This document shows, in pieces, positions 12,981-26,257 of a stretch of 64,000 nucleotides of DNA (positions are counted from its first letter, which is position 1; every line of letters starts with the position of its first letter). The translations under genes were made by a program, and so were the position numbers. Location of the stretch: assembly GCF_009914755.1 (NCBI RefSeq), contig NC_060935.1. One strand, given 5' to 3'. The notes under the pieces are model-generated. The model did not search any database and had not been told where the DNA came from. It worked only from the letters and a program-made list of their open reading frames with translations. The stretch is from the human T2T-CHM13v2.0 reference genome, Homo sapiens.

Positions 12981-13350
12981 TTTCTAGGGATAATATCTGT
13001 TCTAATACCTTCAAACATTTTTGTCTCCAAATATATATTATGAAAGTATTAGTTAAATTGTAAATTACTATCTGTATGGATGTATGGGATGATTATTACT
13101 ATTAACAATCTCAAATAGTTAAACCAGGAAGTGGAAACGGAAAATGGAAAACAAGCAATCAAAGACCCAAAATTGAAGGGTGTACTTAAAAAGACAAAAA
13201 TGGCTTTTAGATATTGAGTTATTAGAGTTTTATGTCTTGTTTTCGAAGCCATGCTTCAAATCTATCACTTATGCACTCAGCATCCCCATTGTCTCTGTCC
13301 ACTCGCCTGGCCAGGTAGCCAAAACTTTGCCTCCATTCCGCATATCTTTT

Positions 13351-14159
13351 TTTTTTAAATTTTTTAATTATTTTATTTTATTATTATTATACTTTAAGTT
13401 TTAGGGTACATGTACACAATGTGCAGGTTAATTACATATGTATACATGTGCCATGCTGGTGTGCTGCACCCATTAACTCGTCATTTAGCATTAGGTGTAT
13501 CTCCTAATGCTATCCCTCCCCCCTCCCCCCACCCCACAACAGTCCCCAGAGTGTGATGTTCCGCTTCCTGTGTCCATGTGTTCTCATTGTTCAATTCCCA
13601 CCTATGAGTGAGAACATGCGGTGTTTGGTTTTTTGTCTTTGCTATAGTTTACTGAGAATGATGATTTCCAATTTCATCCATGTCCCTACAAAGGACATGA
13701 ACTCATCATTTTGTATGGCTGCATAGTATTCCATGGTGTATATGTGCCACATTTTCTTAATCCAGTCTATCATTGTTGGACATTTGGCTTGGTTCCAAGT
13801 CTTTGCTATTGTGAATAGTGCCGCAATAAACACGTGTGCATGTGTCTTTATAGCAGCATGATTTATAGTCTTTTGGGTATATACCCAGTAATGGGATGGC
13901 TGGGTCAAATGGTATTTCTAGTTCTAGATCCCTGAGGAATCTCCACACTGACTTCCACAATGGTTGAACTAGTTTACAGTCCCACCAACAGTGTAAAAGT
14001 GTTCCTATTTCTCCACATCCTCTCCAGCACCTGTTGTTTCCTGACTTTTTAATGATTGCCATTCTAACTGGTGTGAGATGGTATCTCGTTGTTTTGATTT
14101 GCATTTCTCTGATGGACAGTGATGGTGAGCATTTTTTCATGTGTTTTTTGGCTGCATAA
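13351..14159 (-). mobile_element. 5'-truncated young L1 (L1PA2/3-like): 3'UTR plus ORF2 C-terminal fragment
   Basis: Poly-T then tatactttaagttttagggtacatg; ORF2 peptide [53 protein letters not shown]; TSD atatctttt (13342-13350 and 14160-14168) followed by GA, giving a TTTT/GA endonuclease site. Confidence 0.97.
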
Positions 14160-14668
14160 ATATCTTTTGACATATTTAGTAATTCTCCTCTTTTGTGAAC
14201 ACACAAACACACACTGGGGACTCTACTTATTATCTTGCCTTTTTTTGTTAGCCCTTCTTCAGTCCCTACTTTGTGTAAAGACAGAAACCCGTGATTAGCC
14301 CACTTGTCAGTACTCAAATGCCCTTATCCTTGGGCCTATACATAATTTAAATAGTTTTATCATGTCTGCATATGTCCAGGGCTTATTACTCACAATTTTG
14401 TTTCTTGGTGTTGGTCTGTCATGCATCCCCAGTCCCTTAAAGCTGTGCCTGTGCCACCTGCTCTGTATAGCACCCAGAACAAACCACTTACTTGATGATG
14501 GGTGTTGCTGAGGGCTGAGCTTATGCCATGTTCTTCTAATATGGAGGCAATAGCATTTCTGTTTTTGAACATTTTTTCTGAAGTGCCATTGTTTCTCCAA
14601 TCCTAGGACTGCAGCATTAACTTCCTTCTTCTATCCTGTAAGAAGAAAGTAAAATACAAATATTAACA

Positions 14669-15015
14669 CAGGTCCATAGCCCTATATCAAAACCACTGGG
14701 GCCAGATGTATTTTGGAATTCAGAATTTTAGAAAGGCAATTGGGAGTGAGCATATGACATAGGAGAAGTCACATATATAACATATGCATGACATTCTCTG
14801 TAGAGCCTAGGGCAGTGCCTTGTAATCAAATACTTTAAGATGTCAGCGGCAAAACATATGGAGAGTCACACCAGTGGGCTGAGTACAATAGCCTCACTTT
14901 GGGCCAGGTCGGGTTTAATCATTACATGGTTTCTGATTAGATCAGGTTTTGCAGTTAAATGAGTTTTCAGAGCTTTTGAGATTTTAGAATTGTGGATAGA
15001 GCATGGATTGTAGCC
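14669..15015. mobile_element. MER46C-like TcMar-Tigger MITE
   Basis: caggtccatagccctatatcaaaaccactggggccagatgtattttggaattcagaatttt...cagagcttttgagattttagaattgtggata. Confidence 0.6.
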
Positions 15016-15341
15016 CTGTAATAACAGAAAAATCACTTTATGAAGTAACTCCCCTGCCATGCATCTTGTTATAAGAATTTGAGATTCCATTCTCTTAGAC
15101 AAAAGGACACATTTTCATATAATAAAATGCATCAAATTGGAATATGGTTGGCCTAACATAGTGCTTAATAAACTTGATGGAAGAAGCCTTTGAAAGCTCC
15201 CTTGTCATATATAACCTTTTGTATAGCATCTTTAATGCACTGGCTTTTAGTATATTTTAAAGCCAGGTGTAGTGTAATTCTTCTTTTTTCTTCAGAGAAA
15301 CTGTGGTAGGATCAGTGCAAAGCCAAGCAATGTTTGGAGGG

Positions 15342-15674
15342 TGTATTAGTCCATTCTCATGCTATTAATAAAGACATACCCAAGACTGGGTGATTTATAA
15401 AGGAGAGAGGTTTAACTGACTCACAGTTCAACATGGCTGGGGAGGCCTCAGGAAACTTACAGTCATGGTGGAAGAAGAAGCAAACATGTCCTTCTTCATC
15501 TGGCAGCAGCAAGGAGAAGTGCAGAGTGAAGGGGTGGGGAAACTCCCTTATATAACCATGAGATCTCTTGAGAACTCACTCACTATCATGAGAACACCAT
15601 GGAGGTAAGCGCCCCCATGATGGGAACTACAGTTGAAGATGAGATTTGGGTGGGGACACAGCCATATCATATCA
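15342..15674 (-). mobile_element. THE1C/D MaLR solo LTR
   Basis: tgtattagtccattctcatgct...gagatttgggtggggacacagccatatcatatca; TG...CA ends; 5-bp TSD gaggg (15337-15341 and 15675-15679). Confidence 0.93.
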
Positions 15675-16294
15675 GAGGGTGTGGATAATTTTAGAAGCCC
15701 TGTGCCAATCTCTATAAATTATTATGATTTTTTGCTAATGATTTCTTTTTCTTGGATGTGAAGCCATAGCCAAACTTTCAAGGTGTCTTGTCATCTCAAA
15801 GTCATTTTCAAATGTATTCTGAATTTTGAGCCAAATCATAATTTCTCAGCATGGGTTCATTGTCTGTGAGGGTCATAACTTAACGAACCATAGGGCTGAT
15901 CAAGGTCATTGTATATGTTACTGATGATTAAAAAATAAAAGGCAGGCATGTGGGATCTTGATTGTTTCATTCAAAAACCCAAAATTGTTCAGGAACTCAT
16001 AAATTAGCCCTGTTTAATGTTTATGAAGACAATTAGGGAAAGATTGCTTCAAAGTAATAACTGTTATAAAAATGAGACCTTTTTAAAACCCTGATTTATA
16101 AAGCACTTATTTGCCTTCAAGAATTTTGGGGGCTGATTTATAAGCTGATTCGCCATCTGTCTCTTCTTGGCAAAACAAAGGAGAAATGGTTAGATACTAT
16201 TTTCACAGCTACATTAAGATATTAATTGTGTATTTTACATGAGAAAGAAATAGAGCTAGGATTGGCCTCATCCTTCTTTTAAAGCTTATTTTAA

Positions 16295-16605
<311 letters not shown>

Positions 16606-17649
16606 TAATTTGTGATTATTAAAGATAAAAAATATACACTAAACAGAAAAAGTAAAGCTTGAAGCCAAATAAATTGTGTTCCTATTAGACTTTTAATCAA
16701 GACTTTAGAGTTTTGTTTCATTTACATGTTGTAACAGTTAAATATCTGGAACATATTATCCAATCATGCTCCAATTCCAAGTGCAGAAGGAACACTATAT
16801 TCCCATGATTAATATTTTAATGTCACATATAGTATTTATTTTCATTATCTCTAACGGTCCAGTGGTCATGCCACACTGATACTGTGTGATTATCTCCATT
16901 CTCATGAGAAAGAATTTGAGCCCTGAGAGATTTATTGCCCGAGGCAGAACCCAGACCTCTCTTACTCTGAAGGAAATTCTCTCTTCCATACTTGACCTTG
17001 ATTCTTTCAAAATTTTGGATAATTATAAGCAAACGTTTCATAAACTAAAGACAATTATTCTAGTGGACTAGGCCATCAGACTTTGGGGTCAAGGTGTTTT
17101 TGAATCTGTTTTCTCATTCTGAGTTGGATGTCTTCCACCATCAGTTATATAATGTATACTTTTTATTTTGTAACTCTTACATCCAGTTTCAGCTATATTT
17201 TCTATTTAGATCTGGCTTAAATCTTCTTAAACCTGTCTTGAAATGTAAATATGAACATAGAAACCATATCCCCATTCCATGACTGGGGTACAAATTGCCT
17301 TTCCCATCTCTTGTCTGTTGATCTTAATTGTCTCATCTGTCTTTCTTAGATTGTAAGTCCTTTGGGAAACACCAAGCCCTGCTGTACATGGAACTCACAG
17401 AACTTCTTGGGTTATTATTTTTCATTAGGTTAGACAGCAGTGATCCAAGGGTGATCATTTTCTGTGGGTTTGGCTGAAATGCCTGGCTTTGGAAACCCAA
17501 GTCCTGCACACATGTACACACTGGTCCTATTTGTAGCTTTCAGTGCTACTTGTAATCTGGTACTTTTCAAAATTCTGTCTCTTAGATGCATTTTATCCTG
17601 ATAGTCCAATTCTTAAAGAGTCATCCCATTATTTTTATATGACGACTTT

Positions 17650-18090
17650 AAAAAAATTATTTCATATCCTTCATAGAAATTTTAGAAAAAATAAGAATAA
17701 AAGGAAGGAAACATACTTGTAATCCCATAAACTAGCAATAGCTACATTTAGTATCATATTTTTCCTTGAGAATTTTTTGCAACCTGCTTTTTTCATTTGA
17801 TATATTTTTAACATTCTTCTGTAACATTAGTTTTAATGTCTGCGTAGCAGTCTATTTGATAGATATGTCCATCCCTTTGTGTTGGAGAATTTCATATATT
17901 TACTTTTTATGACTATTATTTAAGATCAGTGCTTTTAATATTTTCCTATTATAAGCAATGCTTTGATAAGTATCCGAAGCCTAAATCTTTTAGCACACTT
18001 TTATTACTTCCTTAGTTTAAGTTAAATGAAGTGTAATTATTGGGGCAAAGGGTGAGAGCATCTTTAAGGGTCTTAATACATAGCACTAAT
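17650..18090 (-). mobile_element. Ancient L1ME-like fragment (antisense), apparently resuming at about 19015-19085
   Basis: acctgctttttcatttgatatatt...ttttcctattataagcaatgct...gggcaaagggtgagagcatctttaagg. Confidence 0.5.
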
Positions 18091-18094
18091 TTGT

Positions 18095-19010
18095 TTCCTA
18101 TAAAAACTCTTAACAAAATATTAGTGTTAACATATAAAAAAGAAATCCTACAATAAAGCAAATAGCTTAACAGAAAAATGGCAAATGTCTTAACTAAGCA
18201 TTTTACGGAAGAGTAAACCAAAATGATCAGTAAACATGAAAAGATGCTCACCTTCATGTAATCAGGGAGACAAATTAAAATGACAAGAGCCATTTGATAC
18301 CCTTCACGTTGGCAAAAATTAAATTTGGCTATAAATAAATGGTTTTGAGGCTGTGAAGCAATAGAAACTCATACATAGATGGGGATGGTGTAAATTGTTT
18401 CAGCAACTTTGGAGGACAACTTAGCCATATGCAAAGGACAGTTGAAAATGCATTTACGCTAATCAGTATCCAAGAAAACTCATCTACAAATGCAGGAAAG
18501 TTTATTCTAGCATTCCTTCTAATGGCAGGAAACTGGGAACAACTTAAAAGTCCATCTCTGAAAATATAGTGTGATACATTCATGCAGTTGAATATTATAC
18601 ATCTGTGAAATGAATAAACCAGAGCTACATTTAGTAGCATAAATAAATCTCAAAAAACATATTATTGAAAGGTAAAAGTCTTCAAAAGACCCTACTTTTC
18701 ATATGCTATATATATATATATATATATTCTGTAAGTTACATACATAATTTATGTATGTATATTTATGTATGTAATTTATAGACTATTTTTAAAATGCAAA
18801 AGATTATTAGGTATTATTTTGGGAGTTCACATGGAATAAACATATCAAAAAGTGTGCATAACAGTGAGAAATATAGTGACACTGTGTGGAGCAGCTTTAC
18901 AAGAGTTTCTGTTATATCTGAGTTTTAACTCTTAAGCTAAATGAGCAGTGTGTGGGTGTATATTTTTTCTCTACTCTTTTGAATGTTCTGAAATGCTATA
19001 TTTAATAACA
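18095..19010 (+). mobile_element. Ancient L1M (L1ME/MD-like) ORF2 end plus 3'UTR
   Basis: aaaatggcaaatgtcttaactaagcattttacggaagag...aaacatgaaaagatgctcaccttcatgtaatcaggg...gaaactcatac...ggtgtaaattg. Confidence 0.8.
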
Positions 19011-19559
19011 ATCATATGAACAACTTTTACTTTCAGCAGTACTGTAAGTGGCTATCAGTTCCCCATACCCTGACCAACACTGACTGCCCCACTTCTGATG
19101 GCTCTTTGGTAACCTGGTTTCTGCAGCTTTATTTTGAATATTTTTTTCTACCAGTCATCATAGGTTTGACCTGGTGGACTGATCAACACTCTCTAGTTTA
19201 GTCTGTCTTGTGACAACCAGCAAGCATTTTGAGAATACAGACAAGAGATAAGGGTATATACTGAGGCATTGGGACGTAGTATTTGCAGTCAAAAAGAAAA
19301 ATAAAACTGCCTAGCTCTGTGGACACCAAAGATGTTTCCAGCTAAGATAATAATTCAAGTCGACACATGTTTTTGACTGTCTTGTGTATATAGCATACAG
19401 TACCATGAGCTCTAAGTACAATGGAATATTCTACATAAAAACTGAACTACTAACACCCTCTCCATGTCTGAATTCACTTGTCAGTGTAAACACGACATAG
19501 CTGTCATGGCCTCCAGAGTGCCCACCACCCTGCTTTGCTTCCCCTTTATCCAGCTTATT

Positions 19560-20055
19560 AGTATCCTGCGATTAAACCCTTCTGGAGACAGTAGGCAATG
19601 TTCAGCACTTAGCTTGGCAGAAGAGGCCTTTTATGATCTAAGCCCCCTCTGCCCCCTTGCCCAGGAACCACTCTTATAGGCCAGTTTTTGGTTCTAAGAA
19701 GGCTGCTTGCTCTTCGTTTATCTGTGACTTCCAGTTTGTTCCTCCACATTTTTGGAATTTTCTTCTGCCCTGTATCTGCTTTGCAAACCTGCTTATCCTT
19801 TAAGCTTTAGCTTAAATGTAAACTTCTGGGAAAAGTCTCCACTGAGCTGCAGCCTCCCGTATGCTCCTGTGCCTCTGTACATATCACTATCTACACATGG
19901 CAGCCTTCACTTGTGACTCTGGGTTCACGTATCTATCTCTCTAATTAGGCTTATAAGTTTCTTAGAGTCAGAAACTATGTTCTTCATGTTTGTATACTTA
20001 ATTGGCGCAGTACTTACCATAGAGCAGGCACTCAGTAAATGTTTGTTAATTTAAT
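19560..20055 (+). mobile_element. L2 LINE 3' fragment
   Basis: ttaggcttataagtttcttagagtcagaaactatgttc...gagcaggcactcagtaaatgtttgttaat (L2 terminus). Confidence 0.75.
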
Positions 20056-21244
20056 TGGAATTAGCAGTGTTCTCACTTGTGTGTGTGTGTTGGGTGGGGT
20101 TGTGCAGAGAGAGATGAAGGGATAGAGAGAGATATCAAATCCATCAGCCACCATCTTATTATATTTTCACACCTTCTATCTGTCTTTAGCATTTCATCTT
20201 TTTTCTTTGAGACCCTTTTTTAGTTGATTACAATTATTTTGAAATTTTATCATCATTGAGAGTATTTGGAACATCACCTCATTTAACTTCACCTGCAAAT
20301 GTAGTAAGTACATCCTTGATTATCTCATCTTAAGGCGTCAATACAGACTGAAATAGATTGGATTTTAGGACATATTCCTGTGTGAATGTTTGATAAATCT
20401 CTCCCAATGTTTGTGAGACATTTGCTTTCTCTGCTTTTGGACTTAAGTTAAATACCAACTCTTAAAGCCAGGGTCCCAATCACCATGTACAGAAGAGGAC
20501 TTTGGTCAGCAAACCCTCTCACAGAGAAAAAGACCTTGTGAACACAGGGACTAGCAAGAAACTCAGAATGCTTTTATTTTTCACATAGTTAAATGAAGAT
20601 ACTATTCCTACACTGCTAGCCCAGAATGATTTTGGCACTTCATGGGCCTTATGTGTGGAAAGATGACTAAAGTGACCTCCTCCGGCATTCCTAAGATCTG
20701 CTGTCACTCAAGGCTCTTTGTCAGGACACGTCTGCTGCCAGCCTTCCTATGGAGCTGAGAATTACAAACACCACATAGATGCCTTGTCATTAGGTAATGT
20801 CAAATCCAACTGGAGAACGTAACTTTTGATTGTCAGAAGATAAAGGAGCAGCCTGATCTTCCTTTGAGAGGAAAGAGATTCCCTTGCACTGCTCCAACAG
20901 CTTCTTATAAACCCTGTGCTGAGGCTCACTCCTCTGGTGGTTCCCATTTCAGATGCAGTGCCATTTTGCTTAATGGCAGCTCCTAGACCAGCTAATAAGA
21001 AAGAGTAATCCATCTGCTAATGAAGAGTGGTTGTGCCAAGGACATATTTCTTCATGAGAAATTTATTACCAGGAGTATATACATTAGAGGTGATATACAA
21101 ATATGTTGCCTGGCCTGAAAAGAGTACATATGAAATACAAAGGGTAATGATGAACTCCTATAAAAAGCCTCAAGCCACTGCACCTAAAATAATTCTGGGC
21201 TTGGGAGTGGTAGGAAGGGCACAGACTCTACCTTAACTGGTTGT

Positions 21245-21530
21245 AATTCATGTATCAAATGTGTTCAGTGTGCTGGGCATACAGGAAGGGGAAGGGGATG
21301 GATGTCATTCCAGCCCTCAAGATGCTCAGGGTGCAGTGTAGGTGTCAAAAGGCCTTAGACAAGGGACCACAGGGAGATGAGGATCTCAATGAGAACAGGA
21401 GACTCCAGGAGCTCAGAGCCTGGGGTGACTAATGGAACCAGGGTCCTGGGAAAGCTCCCTGGAGATGGAAATCAGAAACTAGAAGGTGGAGTGGGAGTTA
21501 CCAAGTAAAGAGGTGAAGGGAAGAGTGTTT
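21245..21530 (-). mobile_element. L2 LINE fragment
   Basis: attcatgtatcaaatgtg...cagccctcaagatgctcagg...gggaaagctccctggag. Confidence 0.55.
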
Positions 21531-22831
21531 CTTTGGATTTAGGTAATGCCAGGGGTATAGGCTGATGTCACGTTACTCCCAGGCCAGTGATAAAAGAGAA
21601 TTAAGAAGGTGGACAGTGGGGAAAATACTAGAGATGGCTAAAAATGTGCTTGGCTATCTTTCTAATCTCTTTTCCTTCCTGATTGTATTCATGGCTTGTT
21701 CTATTTAGAAAAATGCAAGCAATAATGGCTTTCTGATGATCTGCACCTGGCAGGCCTCATGGGCACATTGCCCTTCCCACATGCCCACTGGTTTTAAATA
21801 TTTCTCCTTTCTTCGTACCCACCTTGACACAATGGCGGTTTTGGTCTTATCATCCTGGGTCTTGATTAAAGGCTATTTTTGCATATGTGTGCCTCTTTTT
21901 CCGTCTTTTTCATGGGAAGGTCTTTGAGGGTGGGGATTGTGTCTCCTCTAGTTTCTAGGGTAACTGTCTTCTTTAGTTCTCTTGTCTGGGAAATTCTGGG
22001 ATTCTCTGCATCTTTTTAAAAAATCCTTATGCTGTTTTTAATGATCTCTTCCAAGACATGTTTCTTATCTCCTGGCAGAGAACTTCATCCACATACCAGT
22101 AATGATCTGCTGACCATTTTGTTTGGGCTGTCTATTTTTTTGTCCTTGGGTCACTGATGAACAATAGATGTGGATATACTCTAGGATGCTACCCTGGCTT
22201 TTTTTCATTGTGGGATCCTAGGGTCAGAGGGAAGGTGAAACAGTTCAAAAGAACCTACATATGCTGTGAAAAGCTGGCTGTGGTTTCATGGCCCCCACAG
22301 AGACAAAGCCTTGAAACTCTCACTCTTATGTATGGAAGGCTTCAGTTTCTAACATTAGAAACTACTGACATTCTTTGTTAGTTCTTCAGCAATTACTTGT
22401 TTACCAGAGGAAGACTGGAAAAAAAAGAAATGCAAAATAACAAAAAGCAAAGAACCAAACAAAAAATTTCAGCTGATTGAGGAATATTTGAGAATATTCC
22501 AAATTTTTAAAAAGTTTTAATTATCATTGGTTCACATATTTATGAGTATGAATTTGGAGTGTGATATTTTAAATCTAAAGTTATAGACTAGAATCATGAT
22601 CAAATATAAATTTAAATTTATTTGTAGGGAGTCACTTCCATACAAATCCTCATAAAAAGGCTTTATGGAGAGAGCAGGTCATAAAATCAAGTGAAAAGGA
22701 AGAAATTAAAGACCGAAGGTTAATGTGGAGCAAAGGAAGAAGGTTTAGTGATTTATGAGACAGCTCAAGTGAGAGATCACCTCCCTTTCAAGGTTCACAT
22801 GTCTAATGGAGACACTGGGCTGGCCAGCAGT

Positions 22832-22882
22832 GAGTGTGTGAGAGTGTGTGTGTGTGCGTGTGTGTGTGTATACAAGTGTGTG
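22832..22882. repeat. Imperfect (TG)n microsatellite
   Basis: gagtgtgtgagagtgtgtgtgtgtgcgtgtgtgtgtgtatacaagtgtgtg. Confidence 0.85.
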
Positions 22883-24269
22883 CAGGGGAAGGGAGAGAGT
22901 GTCAGGGCTGGGTGGGTGGACAGTAAAGAGGTCTACCAAATACTGAGAAAATGACTTGGGATACGCATATCAAGAAAGCATCCTTTAACTTATTTTGGAT
23001 TTGGCTAGATCACCATCTTTTTGTTGAAGCCACCTGAAAGCAATTGACCAGATGGAAATGTCAGACTGACAATAATATCTATTATTTGTATAACCTAGTT
23101 TCAAAACCATTTATATAAGCCATCTAAGTACATTTGGGTTGTAAGGAAAATTACAGCAAGTCAGGTTTGCTTCTGCCCATCCTAGGTTACTATCTCTTAT
23201 CTTGGAGGCAGAAAGAGAGTTTAGAATTTCCTTGGTCTTATCAGCAGACCAGTACACACACCACCACCTTGTACACATACACATGCAGAAAGCACAAAAT
23301 GAGGCAATAACATGAGATGCTGCAGAAAGCAGAGAGCAAATGAATACAGCCGTACTTGGGGGTGAATGGAAGACACATAAATGCATTGACTCTTATCAAA
23401 ACCTAATAAATGGGCTGTGTGAAAAGTCCTGATCTCTGCAAGAACAAAAAGCTTTATAAACTAAGACACTCAGAGTGCTTGGGGAAAGAAATCAACATGG
23501 AGAGAAAAGGGAGCCTCACATTTACTTAAATGCAGTGGGTACTATGAATACTCTGTATTAGAGGATCAAGTTGAAGACAGTGGTACTGAGGAACTAAAAA
23601 TTAACCACATTTTTTCTGGAAAATTACAAGAAGTTGCCCATATCAGGTATATTTCCTGTGACTTTCTCCTCTACTTGCATATTTGTTCTTCCACCATGAC
23701 CACCACGTGAAGCTTTGATTTGTGTAGACAGTTATTTAATTCCGTCCAGACTGCCAGAAGCCAATGGTGGTAATGGAAAACATAAATAGTGTCTTTTAAT
23801 TGTGTTGGAAATTCCTCCATATGCTACCTTTTAGCTTCTGAATACCTGATGGTAAGTTCGTTAATGAACTTTAGTAGTGAATCCAACGGGACCATAAATG
23901 GTCTTTTGTTTATTATTTTTAATTGAGACTGTCTGACAGCTTTATTTAAAATACTTTCCCACAGAAAAGAATGGAGATTTCTATGGTAATGTGAGACTGC
24001 TTGTTTTATAGAACAGATGACAATGTAGATTTCACTATTTTGGAGTTTCTGGTGTGAAGTGTATTTTTGTCCACGGCCTCCTGCTTTGTGTAGGTGGCAA
24101 ACAGGGCATTTTAAAAATACAAACTGTCAGACTTCTAATTTAGGGAATCAAGTAATAGGTACAAAATGATATATGCAATCTAAACACAAAAATTGAATAT
24201 GTCTTTCCTTTCTTTTTGGATAATTATTGTTTCTGTCCTTTTATAAGTACTTGTTCTTATAGGCATGTC

Positions 24270-24532
24270 TTTAAATGTTCTCCAGTGTTCTTTCTCTGAC
24301 CTTATCTATTATCTCACTGGAATCAACTGCTCACTCACATTTTATGTCTACATCTATTCTAGCACCTAATGTTTGCTAGTGTACTTATTTATTTTACTGT
24401 CTGTGTTCTGGCTTGAGTGTGAGCTTCTCAAAGACAGAAAATGTGTTATTTCTTTTTATAGCTCTTATACTTAACAACAGCTGGTACCTGACCCTAGAGC
24501 AGGTGCCGAGTAAATATCTAAGGTTGAATGTA
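24270..24532 (+). mobile_element. L2 LINE 3' fragment
   Basis: gagtgtgagcttctcaaagacagaaaatgtg...gagcaggtgccgagtaaatatc. Confidence 0.65.
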
Positions 24533-25396
24533 TTCAAGGTTCACTGATTTTTTCTATGTCTGTATTAGAACACAAGACCAGTTAGACAGCTCAGGCTATG
24601 CAAGTCATAATCAGACTTGACCTTGCTTAACTTACACAAGAGTGTGCTGCAGGAGTTCTGTCAACATGGCAGCATGGCACGGGGCTAGGAAACTGTGTGC
24701 ATGTTAGAAGTCAGTAATACTGTCCCAGGTGATAGCCTTCAGTGTAGAAGCCAGAAGGCCTTGTATACCTGTGAGCAAGCTAGAGAGGCATATTACTTTC
24801 CTGACGTGTCCTTGGGGAAAAGATTCCAGCATAGAGAAGTTATTTAAGACAGCTAGCTATAGGTTAAACACTGGCTATGTGAGGCCAGGCAAATATTTTC
24901 CAAATAAAATGTTTTCCTAGGCCTTGAAAACACAGTTTCAAAGATCAAGATATTTATTTCAAAGAAACTGTCTTCAGCTGGTAACCGAATTCATCACCTT
25001 GCCCCTCTTGTAAGCCAGTTTTGCTCTTGAATTTAATCTTACTACGGATGACAACATCATTTTCCCAGTCACCCAGACTTAACATATTAGAGTCATTTTG
25101 TTCCCTTTTTGTAAAACTTCCTCCTGGACTTTGAAATTCTGTAGGTTTAACTTCAACATGAAGCTTGGTGTCCATCTCTTTCTTCCAGTTTTACCATCAC
25201 TGCCCTTCAGCTCATTTGGCCTTGGCGACTACCAATTATTGCTTCCAACGAGTTCCTCACTCAGGAGATGATATAGGGTCTTCTAAGACTCTCAAAGGAC
25301 TTGGGCATTGTCCTCATATATTAACAATTTTATTTCCCCAAACAACCTGACAACCTCCTGAGATAAACAGAAACGATGCACTTTCTATCTGATACA

Positions 25397-25690
25397 TTTT
25401 TTTTTTTCTGAGACAGAGTCTCGCTCTGTCCCCGAGGCTAGAGTGCAGTGGCGTGATCTACGCTCACTGCCACCTCTGCCTCCTGGGTTCAAGTGATTCT
25501 CCTGCCTCAGCCTCCTGAGTAGCTGGGATTATAGGTTCCCACCACCACACTTGGCTACTAAAAATTTTTTGTATTTTTAGTAGAGATGGGGTTTCACCAT
25601 GTTGGCCAGGCTGGTCTTGAACTCAAGTGATCCACCCACCTTGGCCTCCCAAAGTGCAGGGACTACAGGCATGAGCTACTGCGCCTGGCT
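25397..25690 (-). mobile_element. AluS (Sx/Sz-like) SINE
   Basis: Poly-T then ctgagacagagtctcgctc...gagctactgcgcctggc; abuts the tail of the next Alu. Confidence 0.95.
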
Positions 25691-25693
25691 GGC

Positions 25694-25803
25694 TTTCTTT
25701 CTTTCCTTCTCTTTCTTTCTTTCTTTCTTTTCTTTTCTTTTCTTTTCTTTTCTTTTCTTTTCTTTTCTTTTCTTTTCTTTGTTGTTGTTTTTTGTTTTTT
25801 TTT
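25694..25803. repeat. (TTTC)n/(TTTTC)n microsatellite derived from an Alu A-tail
   Basis: tttctttctttccttctctttctttctttctttcttttcttttc... Confidence 0.9.
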
Positions 25804-26096
<293 letters not shown>

Positions 26097-26257
26097 TAAA
26101 CATTTTTTAATTGACTGAAATACAACTAAAATGTTCAGTGACTTGCCTAAGGTCATGGGCCAAATACAGCGACTCCAAAGTTTTAAAATGCTTCCATTTT
26201 CACAACATTTATTCAATGACTCATTTAGCAAGTATTTGTAAGTATTTACTATGTGCC

